From NCBI GenBank assembly GCA_951406725.2, contig OX597835.1, positions 8,308,001 through 8,372,000 of the forward strand: a stretch of DNA of 64,000 nucleotides, in the 5' to 3' direction. The notes below the pieces were generated by a model that had not been told where the DNA came from, searched no databases, and saw only the letters and a list, made by a program, of their open reading frames with translations. Below, piece by piece: positions 40,558 to 54,900 of the stretch. Numbering within the stretch: position 1 is the first letter of the stretch; each line of letters starts with the position of its first letter. This stretch comes from Octopus vulgaris. Taxonomy: Eukaryota. The translations under genes were made by a program, and so were the position numbers.

Positions 40558-41729
40558 AGAGTTTACCCGTGGCTAAGAGTTGTTCTGACTCTTATTTCTA
40601 GCAATGCTGGTGCTGTCTAGCATCCTTAGTCACCTTAATGATGTCAAGAGTTGTTGCTTTTCGTTGTAAATTGCAAATAAGCCATCTTAAGAATTTATAT
40701 ATTTATCATTAGGATTACGTTTCCATTCGAATAACGTTTCCTGTCTCTCGCCAAAATAGTAAGTCTTCCGTACCGCCTTTGATTAATTAATAACTATATT
40801 TCTATAACGAATAAAGAATGATCTTTCTTTAGTTTAAAATGTCTCCATTTTGTAGATCTTCCACTGGAGTAAAGTGAGAGAACTGTGTTTACTCTTTCTC
40901 CGTATCTCTGTAGAAAATCTGAGAAAAGACAATAGAATGATATACACAGTATTCATATTTTCTGCACTAGTGTGATCTTTTCGGTGAAGAAGTGGCATTT
41001 CATTTACACCGATTGCTGTCAAATATATCTGGAATCTTCTTAAAACTAAGCCGTCAACGCGTCAAACGCACAGTTGGAATATATGAGTGAAACGTTCAAG
41101 TTAAATGAAATCCGGCGGGAAATGTGCGTAAGTAAAGCCGAGGTGAACTTGTACAAGTGTCAGAAACAGACGTCAAGAAATAGAATATCAATAACACCAA
41201 TCATTTCTGTCTTTTTTTTTTCTTTTTAGCTAGAGAAGGTCACCTCAGATAAATTAGAATTACGATCAGTTCCCGTTGGTAGGGAGCAACCCTTTTATGC
41301 TTTAATTTGAATCGGTGGGATGTGATTTGTTGATTTGGCTATGATTGAGAACTGCTCAAAGGACTAAATCGAGCGATTGGCTAATGTTGAGTACTGATCG
41401 AAGGACTAAGTCGAGCGTCTCCTATGGACACATGTGAGACAAGAAACTAGAAGCCATTTTGGACAGATTATAGCAAGACATTCTAAAAGAGGCACAGTGC
41501 ACCTCTCTGTAATCTCTAACTCCCGCATCTACCTCGCTTTATTTTCTCTTAATCCCAGTAAATCTATGAAATACCCCACATAAAATGTGAAGAGATATAA
41601 TTTAGTAATTAAAATAGGTCGAATAGTAGGTGGCGTTATTACTGCATTACATTACAACGTTCCGTCGTGTGTATTTCTATGATCTTAGATAAGTGCAAAC
41701 TAATTCTTAATAATATTTATCGCAATCTT

Positions 41730-41915
41730 AAGGAGGCGAGCTGGCAATCTCCTTAGTAGGGCGAGTAAAATGCTCAACGAAATTTCCTCGGTGTTTACGT
41801 TCAGAGTTCAATTTCTGCCACGAATGACTTCGCCATTCATCCGTTGCAGTTCGATAAAATAAGTACCAGCTGAGCCATGAGGTCGATATAACAAGCTTCC
41901 CCGAAATTTCTGAAA
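41730..41915 (+). mobile_element. Degenerate SINE family B-related copy
   Basis: GGCGAGCTGGCA...GAGTTCAATTTC...GATAAAATAAGTACCAG. Confidence 0.7.
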
Positions 41916-41997
41916 CCAGCATTAATTTAATTTCATTTGAAAATAAAGTTCATCCGAAAACTATTGCTCTAAGTAATTTTATTTAACTATATTGTAA

Positions 41998-42411
41998 GGC
42001 GGCGAGCTGGTAGACACGTTAGCGCGCCGAGCGAAATGCTTACAGGAATTTCGTCTGTCGTTACGTTGTGAATTCAAATTCCGACCGAGGTCGACTTTGC
42101 CTTTCATCCTTTCGGGGTCGATAAATAAAGTACCAGTTTGGAACTGTAATCGACTTAATCCGTTTGTCTGTCCTTGTTTGCGTCCTCTCCGTATTTAGCC
42201 CCTTGTGGGTAGTAAAGAAATAGGTATACGTTCGTCTGTCGTTACGAAAATTTGAGTTCAAATTCCGCCGAGGTCGACTTTGCCTTTCATCCTTTCGGGG
42301 TCGATAAATAAAGTACCAGTTTGGCACTGGGGTCGATCTAATCGACCTAATCCCTTTGTCTGTCCTTGTTTGTCCCTTCTATTTTAGCCCATTGTGGGCA
42401 ATAAAGCAATA
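41998..42411 (+). mobile_element. SINE family B dimer
   Basis: Head plus two bodies, flanked by TATTGTAA. Confidence 0.9.
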
Positions 42412-42767
42412 TGTATTGTAACGCCATCTAGTTATGATGATTGTCGCTGTCAATGTTTACCTGGAACTAGTTGCATGACATGAAAGTATGGATGAGAAAT
42501 ATATAATGCGGCAGTCAGACGTAAGACGACTGTCTGGAGCTCTCTCCATGACACCCACCACCAGACCTTCACTTTGCCAACGTAAAACCAGATTTTATTC
42601 CATCGAGAATTAACTTCCATGTCGTTTCACTAAATAAATTGTCATAATCAGTATTTGTATTAATATTTATACTTGCTCTTCATAGACAATGCAATCGAGT
42701 GTCATTTTCTATTAATTAATCTCAGCAAGCAAACACACATATATCAATTACAAACACGCTTGCCTCC

Positions 42768-42798
<31 letters not shown>

Positions 42799-42896
42799 AA
42801 CAAACACACACACACATCACGCTTATCAAGTAGTGTTGCGGAATAAACAGGTACGTATGAACACGAGTGTATATATAGGACTGGCATTTTCCAGTT

Positions 42897-43620
42897 GCTT
42901 GTTTCTTTATTGCCCACAAGGGGCTAAACACAGCGGGGACAAACAAGGACAGACAAAGGGATTAAGTCGATTACATCGACCCCAGTGCGTAAATGGTACT
43001 TAATTTATCAACGTCCAAAGGATGACAGGCAAAGTCTACCTCGGCGGAATTTGAACTCAGAACGTAACAGTAGACGAAAATACCTATTTCTTTACTACCC
43101 ACAAGGGGCTAAACACAGAGAGGACAAACAAGGACAGATAAACGGATTAAGTCGATTATATCGACCCCAGTGCATAACTGGTACTTATTTAATCGACCCC
43201 GAAAGGATGAAAGGCAAAGTCTACCTCGGCGGAATTTGAACTCAGAACGTAACAGCAAACGAAATACCTATTTCTTTATTACCCACAAGGGGCTAAACAC
43301 AGAGAGGACAAACAAGAACAGATACAGACGGATTAAGTCGATTATATCGACCCCAGTGCGTAACTGGTACTTATTTAATCGACCCCGAAAGGATGAAAGG
43401 CAAAGTCTACCTCGGCGGAATTTGAACTCAGAACGTAACAGCAAACGAAATACCTATTTCTTTATTACCCACAAGGGCTAAACACAGAGAGGACAAACAA
43501 GGACAGACAGACGGATTAAGTCGATTATATCGACCTCAGTGCGTAACTGGTACTTATTTAATCGACCCCGAAAGGATGAAAGGCAAAGTCGACCTCGGCG
43601 GAATTTGCCAGCTCGCCGCG
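42897..43620 (-). mobile_element. SINE family B tetramer
   Basis: Four ~184-bp bodies (plus-strand starts near 42902, 43085, 43269, 43455); TSD TTTTCCAGTT at 42887-42896 and 43621-43630. Confidence 0.9.
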
Positions 43621-43632
43621 TTTTCCAGTTTC

Positions 43633-43770
43633 TGGCTACCGAATCCACTCACAAAGTTTTGGACGGCAAAAGGCTTTAAACAGCATAAGACACTTGCTCA
43701 ACGCAGTGGGACTGAATCACTGACCGTGTGATTTGGATGCAAAGTTCTCACCACAGTCATGTCTGTGCCT
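43633..43770 (-). mobile_element. Degenerate SINE family A 5' half
   Basis: AATCCACTCACAAAG...GCAGTGGGACTGAA. Confidence 0.65.
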
Positions 43771-44009
43771 ATATAGATGTCATAAATGCATAAATACATA
43801 CACTCACACTCACACGTATATGTATATAGTCATACATACATATATACATACATGCATACACACATAAACACATACACACACGCACACACACATATATCAG
43901 AAAAGTGGACAAAGCAGAAATCCAGAAAATTGTTCAGATTATCCTAGATTGGTCACTGATAAAATCTACCAACTTTAATGATTTTCTCCTTTAATTATGT
44001 ATATATATA

Positions 44010-44120
44010 TCACGTGACCGACCAGACCATCAGATGTTGTTACACATCGCTGGTCACAATGCATTCGCATTGTTTTAGCCTTCGTATGACGCCACCCCGC
44101 TGGCTAAGCGAGCAGGCCAA
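44010..44120 (-). mobile_element. SINE family C variant-2 tail only
   Basis: Matches 3141-3255; flanked by (TA)n. Confidence 0.8.
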
Positions 44121-44122
44121 TA

Positions 44123-44157
<35 letters not shown>

Positions 44158-44173
44158 TTATTTACGTATATAT

Positions 44174-44213
<40 letters not shown>

Positions 44214-44222
44214 CGTATATAT

Positions 44223-44258
<36 letters not shown>

Positions 44259-44259
44259 C

Positions 44260-44419
<160 letters not shown>

Positions 44420-45125
44420 GTATAAATGTTCATATGCATATACCATATACTTATATTTGTTTTCTACCTCAAACCTATATGCCTTCTGTCCACACCGGTC
44501 TTACAGATTCATAGAAATATGCAAATCATATTGGCATCAATTTTATGTCGACAAATAATTAGATTTAAACCGAAAAAGAAAAGTAAAAATGCTTTTTATA
44601 ATATTTCAGCCAGGTGAAATGTGCGCACACCCACATACACACACAATCTCTCTCTCTCACTCTCTTGCACACACACCCGCATACACACACACACACACAT
44701 ACACACACACACACACACACAAACACACACACTCACACTCTACTGAAGAAAACCACTTACACTGAGTATGTGTATTTGATAATGTATATATAAATATATA
44801 TATTTATGTTTGTGTGTGTGTGTGAGAGAGAGAGAGATGGAGAGTAAGTGAAAGATAGGGAGAGAGAGACCGAGAGAGAAAGTGAAAGAGAGAGAGTGAA
44901 AGATGGAACTGGTTGGGTACGAAAGTGAGGCAATCATAGTATCACCATCTGTATAACGTCATAGACTGTTGCCTGGCAACGAGCGCTAATGTATTCCCTT
45001 CTACACATCACTGAATACCGACTTAGTATAGTGGCTTATAGCAGCGAACTTTTGTCTATAGTGACGCGTGTATATACATATATACATATATATATATATG
45101 TGTGTGTGTGTGTACGTATGTATTA

Positions 45126-45199
45126 TATATGTATGTATGTATGTTTGTATGTATGTATGTATGTATGTATGTATGTTTGTATGTATGTATATATATATG

Positions 45200-45233
<34 letters not shown>

Positions 45234-45251
45234 TGTATGTATGTATATATG

Positions 45252-45285
<34 letters not shown>

Positions 45286-45291
45286 TGTATG

Positions 45292-45324
<33 letters not shown>

Positions 45325-45455
45325 GTGTATGTATGTATGTGTGTATGTATGTATGTATGTATGTATGTATGTATGTATGTATATATGTATGTATGTATGT
45401 TTGTATGTATGTATATATGTATGTATGTATGTTTGTATGTATGTATGTATATATG

Positions 45456-45489
<34 letters not shown>

Positions 45490-45503
45490 TGTATGTATAT
45501 ATG

Positions 45504-45537
<34 letters not shown>

Positions 45538-45755
45538 TATATGTATGTATGTTTGTATGTATGTATATATGTATGTATGTATGTTTGTATGTATGTATGT
45601 ATATATGTATATATGTATGTATCTATGTATGTATGTATGTATGTATGTATGTATGTATGTATGTATGTATATATGTATATATGTATATATGTATGTATGT
45701 ATGTATCTATGTATGTATGTATGTATCTATGTATGTATGTATGTATGTATATATG

Positions 45756-45789
<34 letters not shown>

Positions 45790-45795
45790 TGTATA

Positions 45796-45831
<36 letters not shown>

Positions 45832-45853
45832 TGTATGTATGTATGTATGTATG

Positions 45854-45884
<31 letters not shown>

Positions 45885-45953
45885 ATATGTATGTATGTAT
45901 GTTTGTATGTATGTATGTATGTATGTATGTATGTATGTATGTATGTATGTATG

Positions 45954-45987
<34 letters not shown>

Positions 45988-46031
45988 TGTATGTATATGT
46001 ATGTATGTATGTATGTATATATGTATATATG

Positions 46032-46065
<34 letters not shown>

Positions 46066-46067
46066 TG

Positions 46068-46098
<31 letters not shown>

Positions 46099-46165
46099 AT
46101 ATGTATGTATGTATGTTTGTATGTATGTATGTATGTATGTATGTATGTATGTATGCATGCATGCA
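45126..46165. repeat. ~1-kb (TATG)n microsatellite
   Basis: Directly visible; source of the MYVC/YIHT ORFs. Confidence 0.97.
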
Positions 46166-46370
46166 TATGTGCGTGCGTCTCTGTGAGTGTGTATGCCTCT
46201 GTGCATGCGTGTGTCTCTGTGCGTGCGTCTGTGCGAGTGTGTGTGCGTATACTTACCGCTATATAGTAATTCTTGTGGATGCACAGATGTGTTTGTGTAT
46301 TATAACATGTCTCCCACTCACTCGCTCTCTTTTTCTCTCTTTTGTTCTCTTCCACCTCTCTCTCTCTCTC

Positions 46371-46401
<31 letters not shown>

Positions 46402-46656
46402 TGCCATTTCTCTGCTCTCCCTCTCAGCTCTAAATGTGTGTGTGTGTGTGCGTGCGCGTAGATGGGTGCGTGTGCATGTTTGCGTGTGTACGCGTATGCG
46501 TTCGCGTTGGCTCTGCGCTCGTCAGCGTCCGGGTGTCTCGTTATAGACATTGATTCGATTGCGTTCTTCAGTCATGCTACAAACACATTTTCCACAAACA
46601 CACACACACGAACGTTTGTGTGGGCGGGGCCGCGGTCATTCACTGGAGGTCCAGAT

Positions 46657-46899
46657 CAGGAGTTCTCAACCGGGCTCCATATAACCCTCGAAGTTCCACA
46701 TAAATTTTTGTTAAAACTTATCTCCAATAAACCTCCGTTATCCTCTTATACAAAGTATTCTTAATCCTTTGTCCGATTCCTAATGATATTTAATTACAAA
46801 AAAATAGGATTTTCTAAGCTTCGAATATCTATGAGGGTCCATTCGAATAAAATAGGAATTAAAGGGAGCACATAGGCAAAAGATATTCTGACACTATTG
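46657..46899. mobile_element. Possible degenerate hAT-type MITE
   Basis: Starts CAGGAGTTCTCAACC (CAGTGGTTCTCAAC-like); the right end is decayed. Confidence 0.35.
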
Positions 46900-47029
46900 G
46901 TCTACCGTAAATGTCAGTCCAATAATCTTCCTATTCGCCTCCGCCCCGCTGAAACCAGTGCCGTGTAGTTACCCTTTAAACTGTTGCAAGTCAAAACCTG
47001 GGACCCTCGTCGTCGTAACCGGCGGAGTC

Positions 47030-48070
47030 TTCTTTAAACCGGGAAGGCGATTCCAGACGGGTTGTATTCTGGGGAGGAAGGGCTTGCCATGGTTGTTAGT
47101 GTGGGGAATGGACTTGGGTGGTCATAAAAGTAGTGCGAGAGAAAAAAGGGAGTCAAGTAATACTGGAGGGTCTGCGAGGAGAAGGTACAAAGAACATTCA
47201 GTTCGCAGGACAAATTGAATTTTAGTGGACAACGTCCATTGCTAAAAGGCTGACACTTTTCCGGTAGAAATGTTACGGGTGAATATAAGAAGACGGTAGA
47301 TTTTTTGTGAGAAACATTGCCTCTGATTGAAGTGGGACACGCTGAAGACGGCTTTCAAAAGGCAGAGTGCATCACCGTAGAGACAGAGATATTAAACGGT
47401 TTGGTTAATATAGGAGGAGCAATTTCTGGAGCCCTTTACAAATCTTTCACTCATTCGGTTACGAGGTCGAGAGTTCCACTGGATGAGATTGTCCTGCTGT
47501 TAGATGTTTAGCATTTTGTTTTACAGCTATAACAGAATGTACTCCTTGGAGGACTTAAGTCATAGAAATTAATGTGTGTGGTGCGTGGAGAAACGTGCTT
47601 AAAAAGGTAATCATGTTTACTGGTTTAGCTCTTTAGCGCGGCAAAATGATAATTAGCGTAAAACCAGTCAGCTGACTTGAAGTACCATAGGGTCCGGAGT
47701 GAAATTTGAGGTTGTGTTTTGAATAGTTGCACAGAGTCAGGATTTGGTAGGGGTTTGGTTTCAAGGTGAGAAAAGGATCAATAGAGATTAGAATGTATGT
47801 ATATCGATGGGGGATGTGATTTCGGAAGGAAAACAAACTAAAGTAAAATGATAGCAAAAGTTTAGTCTCCTGAGGTGGAATGGAATGGAAAATGAATGTC
47901 AGGAGGAGGTACCAGCGCTGAAGCCCCTAAATGGAATGACTTCTGAGTAAGAAAACGTGAACTATATGAATTTAATAAAGACGGAGTTCTGAAGAAGTTG
48001 CAGGGGATGGTTTGAAGCGTCCCCTGGGAAAGAAAAAGGTGAAGAAGGAAGAGAAAGACATTGTACCTGA
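47030..48070 (-). pseudogene. Decayed L2/Jockey/CR1-group LINE fragment
   Basis: Higher-GC block; minus strand gives GKPFLPRIQPVWNRLP, typical of the RT C-terminal WN.LP motif. Confidence 0.5.
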
Positions 48071-48966
48071 ATAATTGATGACTACAGTTGCTTCAGTCCA
48101 GGTGAGAGAGAGAGTGTGTGTGTGTGTGTGTGAGAGAGAGTGTGTGTGTGTGAGAGAGAGAGTGTGTGTGTGTGAGAGAGAGAGTGTGTGTGTGTGTGAG
48201 AGAGAGAGTGTGTGTGTGAGAGAGAGAGAGAGACACGCGTTGAAGTGAAGTTTGATTAAGGAGTGTAACCCTGGACAACGGACATGGACAGTGAAAAAGG
48301 TTTGACAAATTTGTGAGTCAGTTGAAAACGTGTGTTTTGGTTTTCAGTAATTGTTGCCAGGTGTATGTGTATGTGAGTAGACACAGATGTGTATGTGTAC
48401 ATATACACAGATGTGTGTGTATAGGGGAGAAGCGTTTGCAGGGAATTTGCGGTTTCCGCGTCACTTCTCGGCGTCTTGATCACGTGTCATGTCATATTTT
48501 TACCCCTTATCATAGAAGATGGATAAATGTATCAGAGGGTACTGTGTGCTAGTCCATGGGTCTCATTGAATCCCAGCAAGAATGAACGTGTGTGTGCGCG
48601 GAATACTCAGCAACATACACGCAGGAGATTTAGTTTACGAGTTCGAAAGACTGGGAGAAAAATCGTCAAAAGTTTGGAAAAATTATTTTCTTGTAATGCT
48701 GGTGGGGGTGGATGTGGTTTGTACTGGGTTGTTTTTTCCTGTATTTTCCTTTTGTGTGTGCTTGTGTGAGGTGATTGTGTGTGTTTGTGTGTGTGATAAT
48801 ACTTGATGTGTGCCTGTATGTGCGCGTAGGAGCAATTTTACAGATGGGGCGGCTTCGTTAATTTCATGTTTCAACATGTGTTCGTCTGTGTTCATGAGAC
48901 CAGGCTTGTATTTGCGACTGTGTATAAGTGCATGTGTGTGTGTGAGTGAGTGTATGTGCACGCGCA

Positions 48967-49011
<45 letters not shown>

Positions 49012-49571
49012 TTATTTTCTCTATCAGTATGCGTACACACACACACACCCACCCGCACGCAATGATATGATAGAGAAGTGGCATTTATCCTGGCCTTGAA
49101 GCTCCCGTTGCGTTCTCAGCTGTCAGCAAGTCTGCTATTATTGACTGACAAAATGGTAAGCATTTCTGGGAAGTTGCTTCTGGAATTCCCAAGATAGCCA
49201 CCGTATTTGCTTGTTCTTGAATGAATATTTCTCCAGTGACACGGCAGAGCGTTTCAACGTTTAACACTCAAAAACAGAATAATTAAAACATCATGTCACA
49301 TACTCTAACAATTCTGCATGACCTTCGCATTGTACTTTATTTTTCCCACCCCCAAAAGGCTGAAAAGCAAAGATGGCACGGGCGTGATGTGAACTCAGAA
49401 CCAATATTAGGACTAACAGCACATATCATTCTAGCCTGTGCACCTCTAACGACTCTGCACCTTGTCGAATTCTATTTACGTGAGTGATATCGAGTGTATA
49501 TATGGGGATAGCAGTACTCATATTAGTGAATGTATTTATGGTGATACAACTCGCATCCCTCATATATATAT

Positions 49572-49966
49572 CTAGCAGTATCGCCCGGCGTTGCTCGAGT
49601 TTGTAAGGGAAATAACTATATAAGCATTTTTAGAGATGTAAAGTATAATAGCCATCTCAATATGGCTAACCACAAAGAGGGGGGGTGTTACTGTAGCTTT
49701 TTACGTTCTGAGATTTAATAATAAATTTTTAGAGAGTTACTTCCCTTATATATGCCAAAAATGCATTAAAATGGGAAAAATTGATGGTAATTTTTTTTTA
49801 ATCGTAGACTCATCGTAGACGTGCGCTAATACCCAGAAGGGCTCGATATGAATCACCACTATAAGATACCCGGTTTTGGTTAAACTGCACCGCAAAATGT
49901 GGGAGTAGTTAGGAATCTAAATCGTAGGAGACAGACAGCACACAACCTCTCTTTCATATATAAAGA
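49572..49966 (-). mobile_element. Non-autonomous Helitron (family D)
   Basis: Nearly identical to 10735-11127. Confidence 0.87.
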
Positions 49967-52165
49967 TATGTGTGTGCTTTTACGTGTGTGCCTATGTGTT
50001 TGTGTATGTATGTGGGTCGTTATGATTGTATGCTATATACGCTTTTGTGTATAGGTGCGTATGTGTTCGTACTGTATGTGTGCTCAACAATTCATGGGTT
50101 CGCATATGGATACCTTTCTACTCATCTTTGGTTCCAAGTCTGTTTTAGGCAAAAGATCCAGTTACTAGAGGTACTCTGGATAGTGATATTAAACTCTGTA
50201 CTCTATTTAGTAGAGTACCATAAGATACTGTTACTATATCTAGGACAATTCAGTGTGTCCTACTTTAAAACTGGTTGAGTGTGATCAATCGAAGACTTAG
50301 AGGTCCCTGAATAAAACGTGTTGCCCTCGTTTGCTCAAGTATGGGAATTAGGGCTAATGAAAACAGTGTAATATTTTATTAAAACAATTATGTTAATTGC
50401 CTACGATTTGCCATCAAGCGTGTAATGACTGGGGTTTTAATTATACACAGTTTCCGTGTCCTGTGGCTGAATATCTTCTGTTGGAGCGGGTGGTGTACGG
50501 AATCCGGATATTCTGAAATTATGATGAATGGAAATAACATAAAAAATCAGTTAATTAGTTTTAATCTAGTATATACCAAATTGCGTATGGTTTATTGTCT
50601 ATTTGTGAGTGTAGAAATATAAGTATACAAATCTGTAGGTATGTATATCTGAACTCATGTATGAGTCTTTCAATTTACACCATGTATGTGTGTATAGATC
50701 ACATTTGAAACACGTGCTTACAAAACAAATACACACACACACGCATATCCTTATCCTTGCAATAAGTGATCACAGTTTCCCCCGCCAGCAATACACTAAG
50801 TCTCGGAAGAAAAGTTAGAGCGTTGAACAAAATAACTTGTGGTATTTGTTCCAACCGTCTCCCTTGAAATTTTAAATCCGGCCCTAATAAAATTTGCATT
50901 TAATTTTCCATGGACGATAAAATAAACTTCCAACTAGACTAAAAACGCTGGATTATTGAGGTTGCAGACCCTGTCCTAATCTGTCCCCAGATAGGTATTT
51001 TCACAGGAGCTTTGATGGATTTAACGGGGTCCAAATTGCAAGATGCATTTTGAGTGAATCGGGAACTCTGGAATATATGCATCTTGGACAACTGTGCAAA
51101 CCTGTCCACCCATTCTTAAATAGCGGAACACGATTTGAAGGGGTTTTAGTTGTTACTTCTAGCAAGTAGATCGATTGCCTGTGCGATATTTCTGTTCTTT
51201 TAAACATATTTGTGAAACGAGGGTAATTAGACTGCTAATTAGAGTAAATCTATTTACCACGTAAATACCTCATCAGTTGTGTAATGTTGTGAAACCCTCC
51301 AAAACTAACCCTTCTACTGTAAACCACTTTCGTGTAATGTATTACAGTCGATTAACTTCAGGACATTCACCAAAGACTCTCGTGAATAAGTCACTCCGGC
51401 CGTGACCATCCTGTCTATATTTTGTCTTTCAGACATCGATATACTGTCTAGAGGATCACTATAGGTAATAATCTGAGGGAGAGTTGGCTGTTATTTCTTA
51501 ACTAGCTGTTATTTCTTAAGCAGCCATGCAAACGACTCCCTGTTTGTTTAAAGAAGAGTTACCTGTCTTTCCTTTGATGTGTATTGATTACTGGCAGTGG
51601 GAGACTCTAAGAAATCGTACAACCTAGTCAAAATAGCAGCTAAATAACTCTCAAATCACGCCCAGTATCATTAAAATAATAATATCATTAGAATTACATA
51701 ACGACGGGTTATATATCCATAGAAACGCTGAATGGTTATGACTGGAACACCTTCATTCATGAATCTTTTCAATCAAACCCGATCTGAGATTAAAGAGTAA
51801 TTACGATTAGGTTTCGAAAGCGACTCTCTAATTTCGTTTATGTGAAGTTAGGCTAAACTACGGTTATTGCTTCAAAAGTAAGAATACGTTAAACTCTTCA
51901 TATCTCTTCTCTCTCTCTCTCTCTGTCTCTGTCTCTCTTTCTCCTCTCTCTGTATAATTGTGTGTGTATACACCTCCCGCTTCTATCTTTCTATCTTTCA
52001 TTCTCTTTCTCCAGGGAATTAAAAAATGTCTGCCGCTGTCAACAGTTGAAACATGTCATATCACTATCACCAATCAAAACCATCAGTCCTATCTTGATAC
52101 ACATGGAATAAAGTCGATACACAACAAATATCTAGATAAACATGTACACACGTTTACACACACAC

Positions 52166-52205
<40 letters not shown>

Positions 52206-52661
52206 CAATCAGTGACACGTATACACGTGAATGTAACCCACATGCTAGAGGTGGTATTCGATATTTTAAAGGTCAAATATTGTGATTCGTAAATAATTAT
52301 AGTTTTATTGATGTAAATAATTACAGAGCTTGAAGTGATATCGGAGGAGGTTGTGATTAGAATCTTTTTAGCGTGTTGACATTTCTAAGACTTTCACTTT
52401 GGGTTTCGCTTCGGGTGACGCTTCTGTTTTGGGTTAAGGTTGTTGTTGTATACCCTCGGCTTATTGAGGATCAGCACGTCTATTAGAGCCGCTGTTAGGT
52501 GCATGTGTGTGCGTGCGTGGGTGTATGTTTGTATGTTGCATATATATCTATTTGTGTGTGTACATTTTAAATGGATCTCCATCGGTTTCAGAGGTCGGTA
52601 TTCAGTTATTGAATCAATTAAACAATTTTCACATTGACTGAGTATTCCATAGATACGTACC

Positions 52662-52701
52662 ACTAGCACTATGACCCGGCGTTGCCGGGCCTAGTGCTAG
52701 T
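52662..52701. other. Symmetric hairpin resembling a Helitron 3' end on both strands
   Basis: ACTAGCACTA..CCCGGC GTT GCCGGG..TAGTGCTAGT. Confidence 0.6.
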
Positions 52702-53874
52702 TCTTGTTGTTCGTTGCCGGGTCGCAGTAAGAATTTCTCAGTAAGTCAAGAGCTAAGTTTCTTATCACATTTCAGCCCGGGCCAGTTTTGTTGCTTATGA
52801 GCTAGTTGGAGCTTTTTAATGAGAGAAATTAATATTCATTGGACTTCGGTTTTCATACCTTGAACGGCTTAATCATGGAAAATTAGCGGGACTGTGCACA
52901 TGCCATTAGTCGGACAAAATAGGAGGCATAAGAAAGCGAAAATCTCGAATTTGGCCGCAAAATAGCATGATTTTGAAAATACACGTAAATCTCGTTCTGC
53001 GCAATCAGTGTCGCAACGGGAACGCATGGGATGGGCGTTTGACTGGCAGAGGTGATCAAGTTGCATATGCCAGCGCTTTTAACACCAACCCCACTCACCT
53101 AACCCCGTGTGGTTGGGAAGAAATCTTCATACCATACAGCCACGCCTGCGCCTGTATGTGTGTGTATGTCTGTGCTCTTGTGCGTATGTGTGTGTGTGTG
53201 TGTGTTCGTGTCCTTCTGCATGTGTGTGTGTGTGTTCGTGTTCATATGTGTGCGTTCGCGTGTATGTGCGCGCGCGCGTTTGTGTATATATATATTTGAA
53301 ATAACTCCATACATGTCTGTGTTATATAGGAATATGTCGAAGTTCGGTCATTTTAATGATTCTTCATGCCTTCTTATTAATCTGTTTAGTTCCTTTCAGA
53401 ACGACAACCTTCCTAATTCCATTCGGTTGGCCATTCAAATCCTCTGCAATATGAATAGGACAATGATAAGACTTCACGTTCTACAATAAAGCCACGAAGG
53501 GAGGCTCCAGAGAATAATTTTATGATTGACAAAGTGCACAACACCGGATTTAAAATTGCAAATCTTTGTAGATTTCAGGATAAATCTCTTTACGTGATTA
53601 TATCTTTGAGTTTAAATTTTCATCGACAAATGAAGCGTTAAATACGAAAATCATGAACGCAAAACTAACAAATAATAATGGCTACATACACAGATTAATT
53701 AGTAGAATCCGACAGACGACGACGCGTTAATCTATACTGATACGAATACAGATTCCATTAAATAAGGTCTGTAAACTCATACAAAATAATAAGAACCTTA
53801 ATGCGCGGTGGTTATTCAATGGATTGAGATATCATTAAAATCTGTCGAACACCTAACCACAATGGCATTCCTAT

Positions 53875-54128
53875 CTTCTTTTACTTGTTTCAGTCAACAG
53901 TCTGCAGCCATGTTGGGGCACCGCCTTGAATTTTGAGTCGAATAAATGAATCAACCCCAGGACTTCTATTTTTAACGCCTGGTACTTATTCCATAGGCCT
54001 CTTTTGCCGAAACATTAGGTCGCAGGAGTGGAAATAGACCAACACCGGTTATCACTCGGTGGTGGTGGACAAATACAGGCAAACAGGCAAGCATACAGAG
54101 GTACATGTATAGATACATACATATATAC

Positions 54129-54171
<43 letters not shown>

Positions 54172-54358
54172 TATACATACATACACATATATATATATAT
54201 ATATATTTTATATTTTATATTTCTATTTCCTTGTCTAATTATATTTACAATATATTTTGTATAATGCATTTACTGTTATGTAATGGTGTAATAAAGTATT
54301 GATTGGGTATCATCTGATGGTTGATGTTTGATTGATTTAAGTATGTTTCTCCATTTTC

Positions 54359-54432
<74 letters not shown>

Positions 54433-54609
54433 TATAGATAGACACACACGCGATGGGCTTCTTTCAATTTCCGTCTACCAAATCCACTCACTAGGCTTTG
54501 GTCGGCCGGGGGCTATAGTAGTAGGCACTTGCCGAAGGTGCCACGCAGTGAGATTGACTCTGGGATTATAGGATTGGGAAGCAAGCTTCCTACCGCACAG
54601 CAACGCCTA
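53875..54609 (-). mobile_element. Old SINE family A copy with an insertion in its internal (TA)n
   Basis: Tail half 53875-54080, head half ~54430-54609, unrelated module at ~54207-54365 between them. Confidence 0.75.
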
Positions 54610-54720
54610 TTTACAGTTATTTAGAAGAAAATCAGAATGGAAATTCTAATTCACGCGAAACTGCAAACTTTACAGACCACGGACTGACCTTCAAGCAAAA
54701 TCTGGGATACAAGTCTTTCA

Positions 54721-54761
<41 letters not shown>

Positions 54762-54839
54762 GGTCCCGGGTTGATTCGGGGTTAACCACAGTAAATAAGG
54801 TACTCAATACATAGCAGAGTAAAATTAATTTATTATATA

Positions 54840-54892
54840 GAGCTTCCTGAAGATTTCTCTTGAATGAAACAGTTCTAGTCCTGTAGAAGCTC
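54840..54892 (+). ncRNA. Type I hammerhead ribozyme motif with a full stem III
   Basis: gagcttc CTGAAGA t ttc tctt gaa t GAAACAG ttctagtc CTGTA gaagctc; stem I extended by 54827-54840 pairing with 54896-54909. Confidence 0.8.
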
Positions 54893-54900
54893 CTTCTATA

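Noticed and set aside
44989-46433. Long ORFs of 370-440 aa
   Set aside because: They are translations of the (TATG)n tract in several frames and both strands.
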